Source: Candidatus Zapsychrus exili (lineage in GTDB: Bacteria > Omnitrophota > Gorgyraeia > Zapsychrales > Zapsychraceae). From it: a DNA stretch of 64,000 bases. The notes beneath the pieces are model-generated. The model searched no databases. It was not told the DNA's origin and was given only the letters and a program-made list of their open reading frames with translations. The stretch spans positions 7,233 through 71,232 of the forward strand of contig JAVCCJ010000121.1 in the NCBI GenBank assembly GCA_030765585.1, read 5' to 3'. Below are positions 18,306 through 28,717 of this stretch, one piece after another (positions within the stretch are counted from its first letter, which is position 1; every line of letters starts with the position of its first letter). The translations under genes were made by a program, and so were the position numbers.

Positions 18306-18647
18306 ATGAAAATAAAGAAAATATTATTTGAAAACAAAGCGCAAACAATTTTAGAATATGCTGCTATTTTAAGCATTGTGTCTATAGCGCTTATTACAAT
18401 GAATCCTATGATAAAAAGAGCGCTGCAGGGAGCTATTAGAACTGTTGCTGACCAAATTGGAACTCAAAATGGAGCAGAGCAGGATTTTGATTCAGGTTTT
18501 CTTAATGAATCTCAGACTTCTTCTAGAGCTACAAGTTTTAAGCAAGTAGAGCAACAATTAGGCAATACTATTTATACCTACGATGATAGTACTGATATGG
18601 AGTCGACTGCTTATTCAGACTTAGGGGTAACAGATATAGATAATTAA
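18306..18647 (+). CDS. Long Flp-like prepilin
   Basis: NKA|QTILEY, KRALQG and ADQIG. Confidence 0.8.
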   Translation: MKIKKILFENKAQTILEYAAILSIVSIALITMNPMIKRALQGAIRTVADQIGTQNGAEQDFDSGFLNESQTSSRATSFKQVEQQLGNTIYTYDDSTDMESTAYSDLGVTDIDN

Positions 18648-18684
18648 GGTAAAAGTTAAAACATAAAGGATAAAGGTACATAAA

Positions 18685-19014
18685 ATGTTAAGAATAAAGA
18701 AAAAAGGCCAGTCGTCATTAGAATATGCAACTCTTATTATTGTTGTCATTGGCGTGTTGCTTACAATGGGGGTTTATTTTAAAAGAGGTATTCAGGGAAG
18801 ATGGAAAGCATCAGCTGATGGTCTAGGCGAACAATATGATCCTAGATATACTATTTCAAATACAGTACATACAATAGAATCAAATACAGAAACATCGCTT
18901 TTTATTGTTCCTGTAGACCCCTTAAATCCTAATGATACGTTTGCAACGCATAGAGTTGATACTACTAGCGCAACTGAAACTAGAGTAGGCAATACAATAG
19001 TTGCTGGATATTAG
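18685..19014 (+). CDS. Long Flp-like prepilin
   Basis: KKG|QSSLEY, RGIQGR and EQYDP. Confidence 0.8.
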   Translation: MLRIKKKGQSSLEYATLIIVVIGVLLTMGVYFKRGIQGRWKASADGLGEQYDPRYTISNTVHTIESNTETSLFIVPVDPLNPNDTFATHRVDTTSATETRVGNTIVAGY

Positions 19015-19102
19015 AGAAGCAGGGAATAGGTATTAGAAAAATAGGTTCTAGGGGCTAGGTGTTAGGCGATAGGTGTTAGGTTTAAACTAAAAGAAATTAA
19101 TT

Positions 19103-20773
19103 ATGAGAAAATTAAAAGAATATTTATATAAACATCCTAAGGCTCAGACAGCTATTGAATTGGCTGTTTTTGGAGCAATCTTGATATTTGTTTTAGGAGC
19201 CATAATAAAGCAAACTTTGGGCTTTAGTTATGCGCAGAACCAGGGTCTTAAGTCAATGCGTATGGCAATGACAATGTCTTTAAAGAATTCATTTTTTGGT
19301 AATGGATATCCGCAAGGAGGAGAATATGATGATACTGGTATAATTTATGGAAACAGTTCTCGTAATTCCGCATCAGTGCTTTTAGTCGAAGACAGGCTTA
19401 CTGCCGGTTCAGCCAAACATGGTACTGTTGATCGCGTTCCGCACATGTCATCGGGCGCAGGCACATTTTCAATAAATCTTTTTATGCCTCTTGATGACGA
19501 AGAAGATGTAAATATTCCGATACTCGACGTGTATGTAAATGGTAAACATTTTCCATTTCAAATGGCAAAATTTAAAACAGTTGAATTTCCTGTTCCAGAT
19601 AATCCTGATGCAGAGCCAGGAGATGATGATTATGATTATGATCGTGGTTATGGTTGGGATAAGACATGTTATCTGGCGGAAGATCCAGTATCTTCTCTTA
19701 TGTTTGATGTTGGATGTGCGCGAATATATACTTTCATTCCAAACCATCTAAGCATGAGAGGTGAAAATGGTTCAGGCATGGGTAAAGACAGGTGGTGTTC
19801 GACCAGTCCTTGTCCAGATATTAGAACAGTAGATGAAGCCTTTGATTTAGATAGAGATTTTAGGACATCGTGTTCTGGATGTCCAGAAGGCTCTGAAGTA
19901 TTGCCCGAATATAGAGAGTCTTTTGCTTGGCAATGGTATGGTGTTAAAGCGCTTAACGAAGATAAAGACTTTTTAAAAAAAGTTGAGGATGATCATTTTA
20001 TGATGGCGGCTTTTCTCGATGGAGGGACAGGTGTAAATTTAGAAACCGGATTAAACTTAATGGTTGATGTTGACGGAGATTGGCAAGAAGAATTTATTAC
20101 AAAAATATTAAAGACATCAACTAATACTGATAAAGTAAAGCATGATGCTCCTCCAGAGGACGAGAATTATGACCCAGAAAAATATCGTAGATGGTATGGA
20201 CAAATTGAAGAAGTTAGAGTTCTTGATTATCAAGAAGGAGATTTGAATTTTTCGACAGTATACAAAAATTATAATTCTGCGAATCCTAAGCCTGGTTTTA
20301 CTAGAGATGTTGCAATGTATACTTTTATAAGCGCAACAGGTGATGGTAGTAATGGAGAAGGAACATATCTTAGCATTGAAGAAGGCCAGCTTTTTGATGG
20401 TGATGAAAAACGATACATACGTAATGTTCAGAGAAAAGATCAGATTGATCTTATTTCTCGTACTATGCAATTAAGTAATAATACGGGACGCTTTTGTGGA
20501 ACCTCGCCTCTTGGGCCAATGCCTGGTGGACTTGAGCTGATTGGTTTAGCAGCAGGAGAACCTAATCCTGTTGATGTTTGTTGTATAAATGGGGCATGTA
20601 ATGGAGGCGGATCAAGTTGTTTTAGTGACGAAACCATTGCGCATACTTGTATGGATTTAAATGGTACTGCGACAGGTCCTGTTATTTATGTAAGAAGTCG
20701 CATTGCTGATTTAAGAGGTAAAAAATGGATTACTAATACTTCTGAAGATGATTATATTGAGTTTGCAAGATAA
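19103..20773 (+). CDS. Large TadE-like minor pilin with Cys-rich, acidic extracellular domain
   Basis: PKA|QTAIEL plus hydrophobic helix, multiple Cys and DVDGD/DLDRD acidic loops. Confidence 0.7.
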   Translation: MRKLKEYLYKHPKAQTAIELAVFGAILIFVLGAIIKQTLGFSYAQNQGLKSMRMAMTMSLKNSFFGNGYPQGGEYDDTGIIYGNSSRNSASVLLVEDRLTAGSAKHGTVDRVPHMSSGAGTFSINLFMPLDDEEDVNIPILDVYVNGKHFPFQMAKFKTVEFPVPDNPDAEPGDDDYDYDRGYGWDKTCYLAEDPVSSLMFDVGCARIYTFIPNHLSMRGENGSGMGKDRWCSTSPCPDIRTVDEAFDLDRDFRTSCSGCPEGSEVLPEYRESFAWQWYGVKALNEDKDFLKKVEDDHFMMAAFLDGGTGVNLETGLNLMVDVDGDWQEEFITKILKTSTNTDKVKHDAPPEDENYDPEKYRRWYGQIEEVRVLDYQEGDLNFSTVYKNYNSANPKPGFTRDVAMYTFISATGDGSNGEGTYLSIEEGQLFDGDEKRYIRNVQRKDQIDLISRTMQLSNNTGRFCGTSPLGPMPGGLELIGLAAGEPNPVDVCCINGACNGGGSSCFSDETIAHTCMDLNGTATGPVIYVRSRIADLRGKKWITNTSEDDYIEFAR

Positions 20774-20783
20774 AGGTAAAAAG

Positions 20784-21056
20784 ATGAAAGATAAAAGAAA
20801 AAATAAAAGACAAAAGGCAAAATACAAGAATAGTAATTCAGCTCAGATTATTATTGAGTTTATTTTTTGTATGACTATTTTGCTTTTAATGATTTATGGA
20901 ACGCTGATGATTTTTAAATGGACGGGTTCGGATCTTGTTCACAGGCGTATCGCGCATGATGAATTATTAATAGGAGGCGGTGGCGTCCCTCTTAATCAAA
21001 TAGACCCATATTTTTATACACCTATTAAGATGAATGCTGTTTGGTCAGGGAATTAA
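20784..21056 (+). CDS. TadE-like minor pilin
   Basis: ATG 20784, basic leader, SA|QIIIEF and hydrophobic helix. Confidence 0.75.
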   Translation: MKDKRKNKRQKAKYKNSNSAQIIIEFIFCMTILLLMIYGTLMIFKWTGSDLVHRRIAHDELLIGGGGVPLNQIDPYFYTPIKMNAVWSGN

Positions 21057-21072
21057 AGAGTAAGGATAAAAA

Positions 21073-24000
21073 ATGTTTAGACGATTAAATTATATTCTGA
21101 GAAATAATTATTTTACAAGATCTTTAAAAAATATCGGTCAAGATATTGGCCAAGACAAAAGAATGCGTTCTTCAAAAGGGCAGATTGCTCTCTTACTTGT
21201 TTTGGTAATTGCAATTGCTCTTATTTTTTATGCAGTTTCTCTTAATTTAGGTAAAGTGTCTCAAACAAAAACAATGGTTACTATCGCCTCAAATGTTGCG
21301 ACTGGTTATTTGGCATCACAAATGGCAAGTTGGGGACAAGCAAAGGCAGATCAACTAGAAGGAAAGAGAAAGCATTGTGCGCTTACGGGTGTTGTTGCAG
21401 CGATAGTTGGTTTTGTTATCCTTATTATTGCAATAGTTTTGATGCCTGAATCAGCAGGCTTATCAGCAGGTTTAATAGAAGTATCAATCGGACTTGCTGT
21501 TGCTGCTATTGTTATTGAACTCGTATGGGTTAATCCTCAGATATCAAGTTTGTGGGATAGGATAATGGCAAATTCTTTGTCTCAAGAGTCTCAGTTTTCA
21601 GAAAGCTCAATACAAAAAGCATTGCAGAATGTTATTACTGATCAAGTTCAGGTGCCCGATCTCCATGATGATGATATGGACCAAGTATGGTGGGCAGATG
21701 CTCCTAATGGCTCATCGCCAGATATGATGAGCAGATATGCATATTATTATAAAACAAGGCTTAATAGGGTTGTTCCAAGAAATTGGACAGTGGTATCAGA
21801 ATTTCTTGAAGCTTTAGGTGATTTTATTTATTACAGGCCACCTGATATTGATCCAAACGATGATTGGGGGCTTATGGATTCTGAAAATGATTGTAATCCC
21901 TTATCAAATTCAGAATGTCAACCGTGTTGTGTTTCTGCGGATGCAAGAGATGCTGATCTTGATTGTAGTAGTTTAATAGCAACTTATGGAAGCGTTGAAG
22001 GCTGGTGTAGCGCACATAGTCCTTATTCGGGAGGATCTACAGAATATCCGTACATTTATAATCCGTATCCATTTTTTGAAAAGATAGATAATAGTCGTGA
22101 CTCTTTAAGAGAATTGATAGGTCGTGATGATGAGAATACAAAATATTATGCTGATTATGATGCTTTTCTTGGGACACAATTAGAGCATGGTATTCCTGAT
22201 CCTGATGCGTGGAACAATAATAATGATTTCCATATTGAAGACACTGTTGGGTTTTATAATAACGATAATAGAAAAGATGTTTTTTCTTTCTTTCATCAAA
22301 TAGCAGAAAATATAACTGATTGGAATTGGGGAGGCGGAGTTGATTTAAACGATCTTGCGCCTCGTGAGCAGTATGGCGCTGAAGAGGACCTTGTTTATTT
22401 AGAGCAATGTAATTGGTGTGATAGGAACTTTGTTACTCCTGCAGGAGATCCTCTTGGAAACTGTAGGCATCGTACGTCAGGACCAGGCGGTTTTGAATTA
22501 GGCATGAGTCAACTTGCTTTGTTAAATTCGCCTGATCATAATGCTAGTTATTGTGTAGAAGGAACAGAGGCTGCAGCAGAGGCGGGTAATCCTCTTTTAG
22601 CTGTAGATAAATTTACAGTTGCGGATGGAATTCAAGCGTCAAAGGACAGTTGTCCTGAAGCTGGACCAGGCGGTAGTACAGGTTTTTGGAAACCAGGATC
22701 GGATCAATTTTGTTCAAACAGTTTTCCTTATCCTGCAAATTGCGCTAAACATAGCTTGCCTTGTGATGTTTACGGAGTTTATACAAATTGCCCTACTTGT
22801 GAGGCTTCTCCTGATAAGACATTGTGGCGCGATGATATGATTGACGATTTTCTTTATAACTTTCAACATTTCTTTAAATGGGCGTCATTTTCGATGAATA
22901 TAGGGGTAGATATTATTAGAAATGATTTTGTTGGTTGGTATGATAGTTCAGCGGAAAAGTGGATAGATGAAACTTCTAATCCGGAGGATAATGATAACAT
23001 TCTTCTTGGCGTTAAAAATAATTTTACAGAAATGGCAAGGAGGCTTAAAAATTGGAAAAATAGCACAGAATATATTGGTAATGTTTGGTGTGTTCCTTCT
23101 AATGGCACAATACCGTTACCAACGGTTGTGCCACCTTATGTAAACCTTTTAACTCCCGAAGAAGAAGTTATTGATAATGCGGGAAATAGGGGAACCTTGG
23201 GAAATATTATTGCGTGTTTGAATTGGAACATTAGCGGCGGAAGCGGCATAGTAAATAAAATGAATAATTGTACGTCAGCTTGTCAAGTTTATACTACTAA
23301 CCCAGGAGACCCAGAAGACCCAAGTGATACTGTAACTGCTTATGCTGCAAACCAGGCATGTTATAATCTTCCGACCAGATCACTTTCAGGGATTAACTTG
23401 CAAGGACAATACCACTCAATTGGGTCAGCAGTACCAGGAGATACTTTAGACACGGCTTGTGCAGATTCTGACTTTTTGAGCAATCTTTCAGAAAGTGCTC
23501 ATCAGGGGGTTAATCAGACTGTAAAATTTCAAAAAAGGCGAGAGTTTCTTTCTTCCTTAGAAATTGGCTTGGACAATGCAATTGTTACATTTAATTATGC
23601 TGCAGAAGGATTTGCTGATTTCTTAGAAAGCGATGAAGTCGCGGCATTAAAAGAATTTAGAGCAGATTTCTTTAATGTTGATGACTTTACAGAAAACTCT
23701 CCTTATCAATTAATTTATGGATGGAAAGATGATGAATCAAAAGTAAAAGATCCGTTGTGGCATCTTGTTCGTGTTGATGCTCGTTTGCCGAAAAAGTGTG
23801 ATCAAGAAAATTCTTCCTTATGCGGCAATTGGCAATGGCCAGATATTGACGAGTATACTAAGGGGATTTTCGCAACAACACGTTGTTATGAGCTGAAGAA
23901 TCATACAGGTGGAGTTAAAATTCGCGTTACTAGATATGACGAAAGTCCAAAAACAGGTAATTTAATTTTTCCAAACGGCGTGCCAATTTGGGATTTTAAA

Positions 24001-24306
24001 TACAAGCGTTCTGGTTTAGACAACACAGAAAACATTCCAGCCCTTGAGGCTGCTTGTCTAGGAGCTAGTAATGATCTTCTTCCGCCTATTTTAGCTGAAA
24101 GTTCAATATATAAACCTGTTTATCAACAGGCCTTTATTCTAAATAAAGCTGATGAATATCCTGCTTGTTGGAACAAAGCGATGGATCATATTAAAATGGG
24201 AGTTATGACAGAAACATGTGCGCAGTATTTTTGGTTGGGACCCGACTATGGTGGTTCAATGAATTTAAAGTTTGTTCCATGCCCTGGGTCGAACGCAGTT
24301 CAGTAA
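21073..24306 (+). CDS. TadG-like large pilus-associated protein / putative tip adhesin, Cys-rich
   Basis: KG|QIALLLVLVIAIALIFY...NLG (TadG-type N-terminus without Glu5), extra TM helices and many Cys in a ~900-aa extracellular region. Confidence 0.7.
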   Translation: MFRRLNYILRNNYFTRSLKNIGQDIGQDKRMRSSKGQIALLLVLVIAIALIFYAVSLNLGKVSQTKTMVTIASNVATGYLASQMASWGQAKADQLEGKRKHCALTGVVAAIVGFVILIIAIVLMPESAGLSAGLIEVSIGLAVAAIVIELVWVNPQISSLWDRIMANSLSQESQFSESSIQKALQNVITDQVQVPDLHDDDMDQVWWADAPNGSSPDMMSRYAYYYKTRLNRVVPRNWTVVSEFLEALGDFIYYRPPDIDPNDDWGLMDSENDCNPLSNSECQPCCVSADARDADLDCSSLIATYGSVEGWCSAHSPYSGGSTEYPYIYNPYPFFEKIDNSRDSLRELIGRDDENTKYYADYDAFLGTQLEHGIPDPDAWNNNNDFHIEDTVGFYNNDNRKDVFSFFHQIAENITDWNWGGGVDLNDLAPREQYGAEEDLVYLEQCNWCDRNFVTPAGDPLGNCRHRTSGPGGFELGMSQLALLNSPDHNASYCVEGTEAAAEAGNPLLAVDKFTVADGIQASKDSCPEAGPGGSTGFWKPGSDQFCSNSFPYPANCAKHSLPCDVYGVYTNCPTCEASPDKTLWRDDMIDDFLYNFQHFFKWASFSMNIGVDIIRNDFVGWYDSSAEKWIDETSNPEDNDNILLGVKNNFTEMARRLKNWKNSTEYIGNVWCVPSNGTIPLPTVVPPYVNLLTPEEEVIDNAGNRGTLGNIIACLNWNISGGSGIVNKMNNCTSACQVYTTNPGDPEDPSDTVTAYAANQACYNLPTRSLSGINLQGQYHSIGSAVPGDTLDTACADSDFLSNLSESAHQGVNQTVKFQKRREFLSSLEIGLDNAIVTFNYAAEGFADFLESDEVAALKEFRADFFNVDDFTENSPYQLIYGWKDDESKVKDPLWHLVRVDARLPKKCDQENSSLCGNWQWPDIDEYTKGIFATTRCYELKNHTGGVKIRVTRYDESPKTGNLIFPNGVPIWDFKYKRSGLDNTENIPALEAACLGASNDLLPPILAESSIYKPVYQQAFILNKADEYPACWNKAMDHIKMGVMTETCAQYFWLGPDYGGSMNLKFVPCPGSNAVQ

Positions 24307-24385
24307 TGCGAAAATTATTTTACGAGAAGGTTGCAGAATTAATAATGTGGCAGGGATTGCTTTTAATACACAAGGGAAATGAAAA

Positions 24386-24730
24386 ATGTTGAAATCATTA
24401 AAAAAACATAAGAAGCCAAAAGGACAATCTTTTTTAGAATATGTTCTGCTGATTGTTTTTATTATTGCTGCTTTATTGGTTTTTCAGAAATATATTTCTC
24501 GAGCAATATGGGGAAGATATAAGTCAGTAGGAGATGCGCTTGGCAGTGGTTTGATATACGATCCAGAGAAAACGTTAGAATGTGGGTATGATCATCTGTA
24601 TGGATCTGGTTGGTACAATGCTGCTTGTTACGACGAGAATGATTGTGCACAGTATTGTGCAGCTAAGAAGCAGGCACCGTGCGTTAGTTGCATAGGGGCT
24701 TGTTTCGCTGCAAAATGTAGTGAAAATTAA
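24386..24730 (+). CDS. Flp-like prepilin with Cys-rich C-terminus
   Basis: PKG|QSFLEY, RAIWGR and IYDP, with 8 Cys in the last ~50 aa. Confidence 0.8.
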   Translation: MLKSLKKHKKPKGQSFLEYVLLIVFIIAALLVFQKYISRAIWGRYKSVGDALGSGLIYDPEKTLECGYDHLYGSGWYNAACYDENDCAQYCAAKKQAPCVSCIGACFAAKCSEN

Positions 24731-24990
24731 ATGTTTGATGTTGGAAAATTGATATGAATATGGTGATTCCGCATGAGTCATTATTTTGATAAAAATTAAA
24801 TAAAGATATTAGGTATTTTTTTTGTTGTGATAAAATAAATTAGTAGACAGTTCGTGGGAACACAAATTGTAGGCCAAAGGCCGTCTGCGAATTTATCCCA
24901 AGCGTTAGTCGAGGGATTTTAATTAAGAGATTTTGGTAGTTTTGCTTTGCAAAAAACCGGAATGATAAACTTACGGGAGAAGTTCATTTA

Positions 24991-25848
24991 ATGTTAGTTT
25001 TTGTATTATTTTTAATATTTTGTACTGCATGTATTTTTGGATATGCCATTGTACCGCATCTCTACAAACACGCCACTGTAATACAAGAGAAAAGAGAACA
25101 AAAGTATTCAATCCAGATGGAGCAGGTGCTTACTCGTGCAGAAGCAAGAAAGATGAGTCGGCTTTTTGTTTTTGCTCCACTTGTTTTATCTGCAGGTCTT
25201 TACTTTTTAGTACCTGCTGAGATAAGGATTTTTGCTGTTGCATTTGGCGTTGTTATTGGGCTTTTGATTCCTGGCATGTATGTTAAATCGATGGCTGATA
25301 GGGCAAGGCGTAAATTTCAATTTCAGCTTGTAGACGGGTTGATGATTATGTCTAGTTCTTTTAGAGGTGGTTTAAGTTTGATGCAGGCAATGGAGGCTGT
25401 TGTTGAGGAAATGCCTGATCCAATTAATAGAGAATTCGGAACAGTTTTAGGTGAAAACAAAATGGGTGTTTCTTTAGACGATGCTTTAAATCATCTTGAA
25501 AGGCGCATGCCTTCTGTCGCGCTTCGCCAGATGATCACTGCCGTTTTGCTTGCTCGTGAAACAGGTGGTAATTTGCCTGTTATTTTTACCCGTATTGCAA
25601 ATAATATTCGCGAAAACAGAAAGATTCAACAAAATATAGATACGTTGACCATTCAGGGTAAAATTCAGGGTGTAGTAATGACGCTTTTGCCTTTTGCTTT
25701 TGCTAGTATTGTTTTCTCGGCGAATAAACAGATATTTTTAAATATGTTTGAGTCTGAGTTAGGACGAATGATGTTAATTTATGCTGCTATCTCAAATATT
25801 ATTGGCGCATTTATGATTTGGAAAATTAGTAGTTTTAAGGACTTTTAA
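24991..25848 (+). CDS. tadB: TadB (T2SSF family) inner-membrane platform protein
   Basis: FQFQLVDGL...RGGLSL.QA, P...EF, ETGGNL and QGKIQG, plus TM helices. Confidence 0.9.
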   Translation: MLVFVLFLIFCTACIFGYAIVPHLYKHATVIQEKREQKYSIQMEQVLTRAEARKMSRLFVFAPLVLSAGLYFLVPAEIRIFAVAFGVVIGLLIPGMYVKSMADRARRKFQFQLVDGLMIMSSSFRGGLSLMQAMEAVVEEMPDPINREFGTVLGENKMGVSLDDALNHLERRMPSVALRQMITAVLLARETGGNLPVIFTRIANNIRENRKIQQNIDTLTIQGKIQGVVMTLLPFAFASIVFSANKQIFLNMFESELGRMMLIYAAISNIIGAFMIWKISSFKDF

Positions 25849-25860
25849 TAAGAGGAAAAT

Positions 25861-26754
25861 ATGTTAGAACTAATTTTAGCCCTAGTGTTTACATTTGCTT
25901 ACCTTTCAGGGTTTTTCTTTATTTTGGCAGTTATCCCTATTCAATGGGATTATCGTCCGACTTTAAATGTTGCTGGTATTGGCGATGAGAAATCTCTTAG
26001 GCAAAAAAAGAAAAAGACACCATTTCATTTCTTAAGAAGTGTGGCTTTAATAAATAAGCCAATATGTCTTGGTGCATTAAGGGCAAGAATTGAAAAAGAT
26101 TTAGCAATAGCACACGTTAACATGACAGCAGAGGAGTTTCTTTTTATTAAGGAAGTTGGAATCTTTTTAATGCTTTTTCTTACATATCCAGTAGTTGCTT
26201 CTGATTTTGTTATGTTCTGGGGGATTATGTGTGTTGCGTTAGGATACATGATTCCTGAATTTTGGCTTAAAGGTAAAATTAAAACTTCTAAAGCCACAAT
26301 AATTAAAGAACTTCCTGATGCAATTGATTTGCTCGGACTTTGCGTTAATGCTGGACTTGATTTTATGCTTGCATTAAGATGGGTTGTTGAAAAGTCTCCG
26401 CCATCAGTTATGACCGACGAGCTAAACACAATATTGCAAGAAATTAGCGTTGGTAAGACGCGTAGGGATGCTATTAGAGATTTGTCTTACCGTTACCAAT
26501 TGCCTGATTTGTCTACTTTTGCTAGAACTTTAATCCAAGCAGATAAAATGGGAACTTCGGTTAGTGAAGCGCTGAATATGCTCTCAGAAGATATGCGTAT
26601 TGCGCGCTACAGACGAGGTGAACAGCTAGCATTAAAAGCCCCATTAAAACTTCTTGTGCCGCTTCTTTTCTTTATCTTTCCGGTTGTAGGTATTCTTGTT
26701 GCTGGACCGATATTGCTCGATTTTATCGAGAACAATCCTTTCGCTGCGCATTAA
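25861..26754 (+). CDS. tadC: TadC (T2SSF family) inner-membrane platform protein
   Basis: ELPDAIDLL..CVNAGLDF, QADKMGTSV and KAPLKLLVPLLFFIFP. Confidence 0.9.
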   Translation: MLELILALVFTFAYLSGFFFILAVIPIQWDYRPTLNVAGIGDEKSLRQKKKKTPFHFLRSVALINKPICLGALRARIEKDLAIAHVNMTAEEFLFIKEVGIFLMLFLTYPVVASDFVMFWGIMCVALGYMIPEFWLKGKIKTSKATIIKELPDAIDLLGLCVNAGLDFMLALRWVVEKSPPSVMTDELNTILQEISVGKTRRDAIRDLSYRYQLPDLSTFARTLIQADKMGTSVSEALNMLSEDMRIARYRRGEQLALKAPLKLLVPLLFFIFPVVGILVAGPILLDFIENNPFAAH

Positions 26755-26972
26755 AACAAAGATAAAAATAGTAGATAGTAGTTTGTAGCTAGTACAACTG
26801 TCCCTCTGTGGACTATCCCTCTGTTCTGGATTTTTATTAATTATTGAATTTGATACATGACATTTTCTGCATATCGGTAGGCAGTATTTCGTGCGGACTG
26901 AGTGAACCCAAGGCTCTAGCGCAACGTTTTAATAAGAAATAGTTAGCAAAAATATTACAGCTTTAAAAAAGT

Positions 26973-27002
26973 CTGTCATTCCTGCCTTCGCAGGAATGAC
27001 AG
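26973..27002. repeat. REP-like palindrome
   Basis: CTGTCATTCCTGC-CTTC-GCAGGAATGACAG, a perfect 13-bp stem with the same GGAATGAC end as the 13791-13880 element. Confidence 0.75.
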
Positions 27003-27140
27003 CACGGATAGGAATGACAGCAAGTGTTGCACTAGCATCTTGAATCTGCGCTGTCTTTATTTCCTTTAAGGTTAGCCCTTACGCAAATTCTTTACTTGAT
27101 ACCTGACACTTGCTGCCTATCGGTAGGTAGGTACATTCTT

Positions 27141-27989
27141 TTAGAATATTTTCGCAAATCCCTCGTCGATGAGTTCTTGGTTTAAATAGTATCCTTCTGT
27201 AAATATTTTATCGCGATTAGCTTCTGTTTTTGAATAAAAGATATGTGCTACATATCGGCCGTAAATATCTTGCTTGTTTGTTTTTATCATTACAAATGTA
27301 AGGCCACCGAGCAATGCATCTTCTGTGTATTTGCGCGCAGCTTCGCCCTCCTCGGTTCCCATCTCAGGGCAATCAATTGATGCTAGACGTATTCTTTGCT
27401 CGCGAGAAGTACAGAACCCTAAGTCAATGCGCGCAAGAATAGTATCGCCGTCAATTACACGCAAAACCTCTGCCTTGTAGACAAAACTTGCTTTAGTTGG
27501 ACGTTTTAAATCTGTTTTCTTTGTGATTATTTTTTCTTCGGCAGATGTCTCTTTAAAACTTTTTTCTTCGTAATATTTGTCTTTTATCTTTTGTGCAAGT
27601 TTGCGCTTACCCCATTTTTCTTGATTAGCTTCTTTAAAATAGAAATCACGCTTAGCATCATTTTCAATAGCGAGCAATTGTTTGTAATGATTCCAGCTTA
27701 AGCCGGAATCTTGAGGCATTCCATTTGGCCACAATTGAAAGAATTTTACCATTCTAGTAAGTAAACTGTATTCTATTTTGAGATCTTCTGCTATTTGTTT
27801 TAAGATGTTTTGTTTTTTTTCTAATCCTTGTTCTTGAGCAATTCTTTGGCCAAATTCCCAATATCCTTCTGCAATAATATTAGAGATGCTCTCTTTAACT
27901 TTATCTTTTGTATTATTAAGAATTGTTTTAAGGTCAGCAATAAGTTTTTCATATCCAATAATATTTGCTTTAGTATCTTTATCTGCCAC
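27141..27989 (-). CDS. DUF1016/YhcG N-terminal domain fused to thermonuclease (SNase-like) domain
   Basis: YWEFGQRI, LSWNHY, RDFY...WGKRKL (DUF1016_N) and VLRVIDGDTI, IRLASIDCPE, DIYGRYVA (SNase). GTG start at 27989 after AGGAG. Confidence 0.8.
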   Translation of the reverse strand: MADKDTKANIIGYEKLIADLKTILNNTKDKVKESISNIIAEGYWEFGQRIAQEQGLEKKQNILKQIAEDLKIEYSLLTRMVKFFQLWPNGMPQDSGLSWNHYKQLLAIENDAKRDFYFKEANQEKWGKRKLAQKIKDKYYEEKSFKETSAEEKIITKKTDLKRPTKASFVYKAEVLRVIDGDTILARIDLGFCTSREQRIRLASIDCPEMGTEEGEAARKYTEDALLGGLTFVMIKTNKQDIYGRYVAHIFYSKTEANRDKIFTEGYYLNQELIDEGFAKIF

Positions 27990-28255
27990 TTTATTTCTCC
28001 TAATTTGCATTTATTAGAGTTTTTAACAAAGAATCGATTGCCCCAATTGTTCCGCGGGGCAACTGGGGCAACTATTATTGTACTAAAAATGTGATAGCGC
28101 TGCAAGTAGAAATTTTAAAAAATGTTAGGGAAATAGGTGAGGGGCAGGTGAGGGTCAGACCCTTGTATTTTTGTCCCTTAGGTTTTCAGTGTTTTTAAGA
28201 GACAAGGTAGCGGCTACCTTTGGCGTGTTGGATGTTTTGTGCTAATGCTGGATAT

Positions 28256-28717
28256 TAGAAAAACAAAGAGATGTTGTCATTGCGGGTCCTTTAGGGTGAA
28301 GCAATCTTAATGATATTTTATGGGATTCTACGGGGTCAGACCCCTTTTCTGTCCCCGCACTTGTTCCCCTGTTTCTTGTTTGCTCCTTGTAACGACATGT
28401 GTATTTGTCGTAAGATCGCAATGCGTAAGGTAAGGGTGAGAGCAAAGACTAAGGGGTAATGAGTATGTGTGAGGTTAATTTTGTTGGCTATGTAGCTGTT
28501 GCGTAGTTTTCTTAGGATAAAACCTTTTTGTTGACAGTGCTTTAGGTCTTTGCTTGAATAGTTTTTTTGCATTGATGTTTTATCAAAGCTTGATTTAGAG
28601 TCAATGGAAAAAGAAAGAGGTACTAGACCCTAGATTTTGGATACTTGATACTAGATGCTTGATGCTAGAAAAACAAAAAGATGTTGTCATTGCGAGCCCT
28701 TTAGGGTGAAGTAATTT
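28256..28717 (+). repeat. Two copies of a 52-bp repeat (28256-28307, 28666-28717; 47/52 identical) containing the GTCATTGCG...GYAAT half of an RPE-like element
   Basis: TAGAAAAACAAARAGATGTTGTCATTGCGRGYCCTTTAGGGTGAAGYAATYT. Confidence 0.8.

Noticed and set aside
19026-19082. TAGG-based heptamer run between pilin genes
   Set aside because: Short degenerate microsatellite with no evidence of function.
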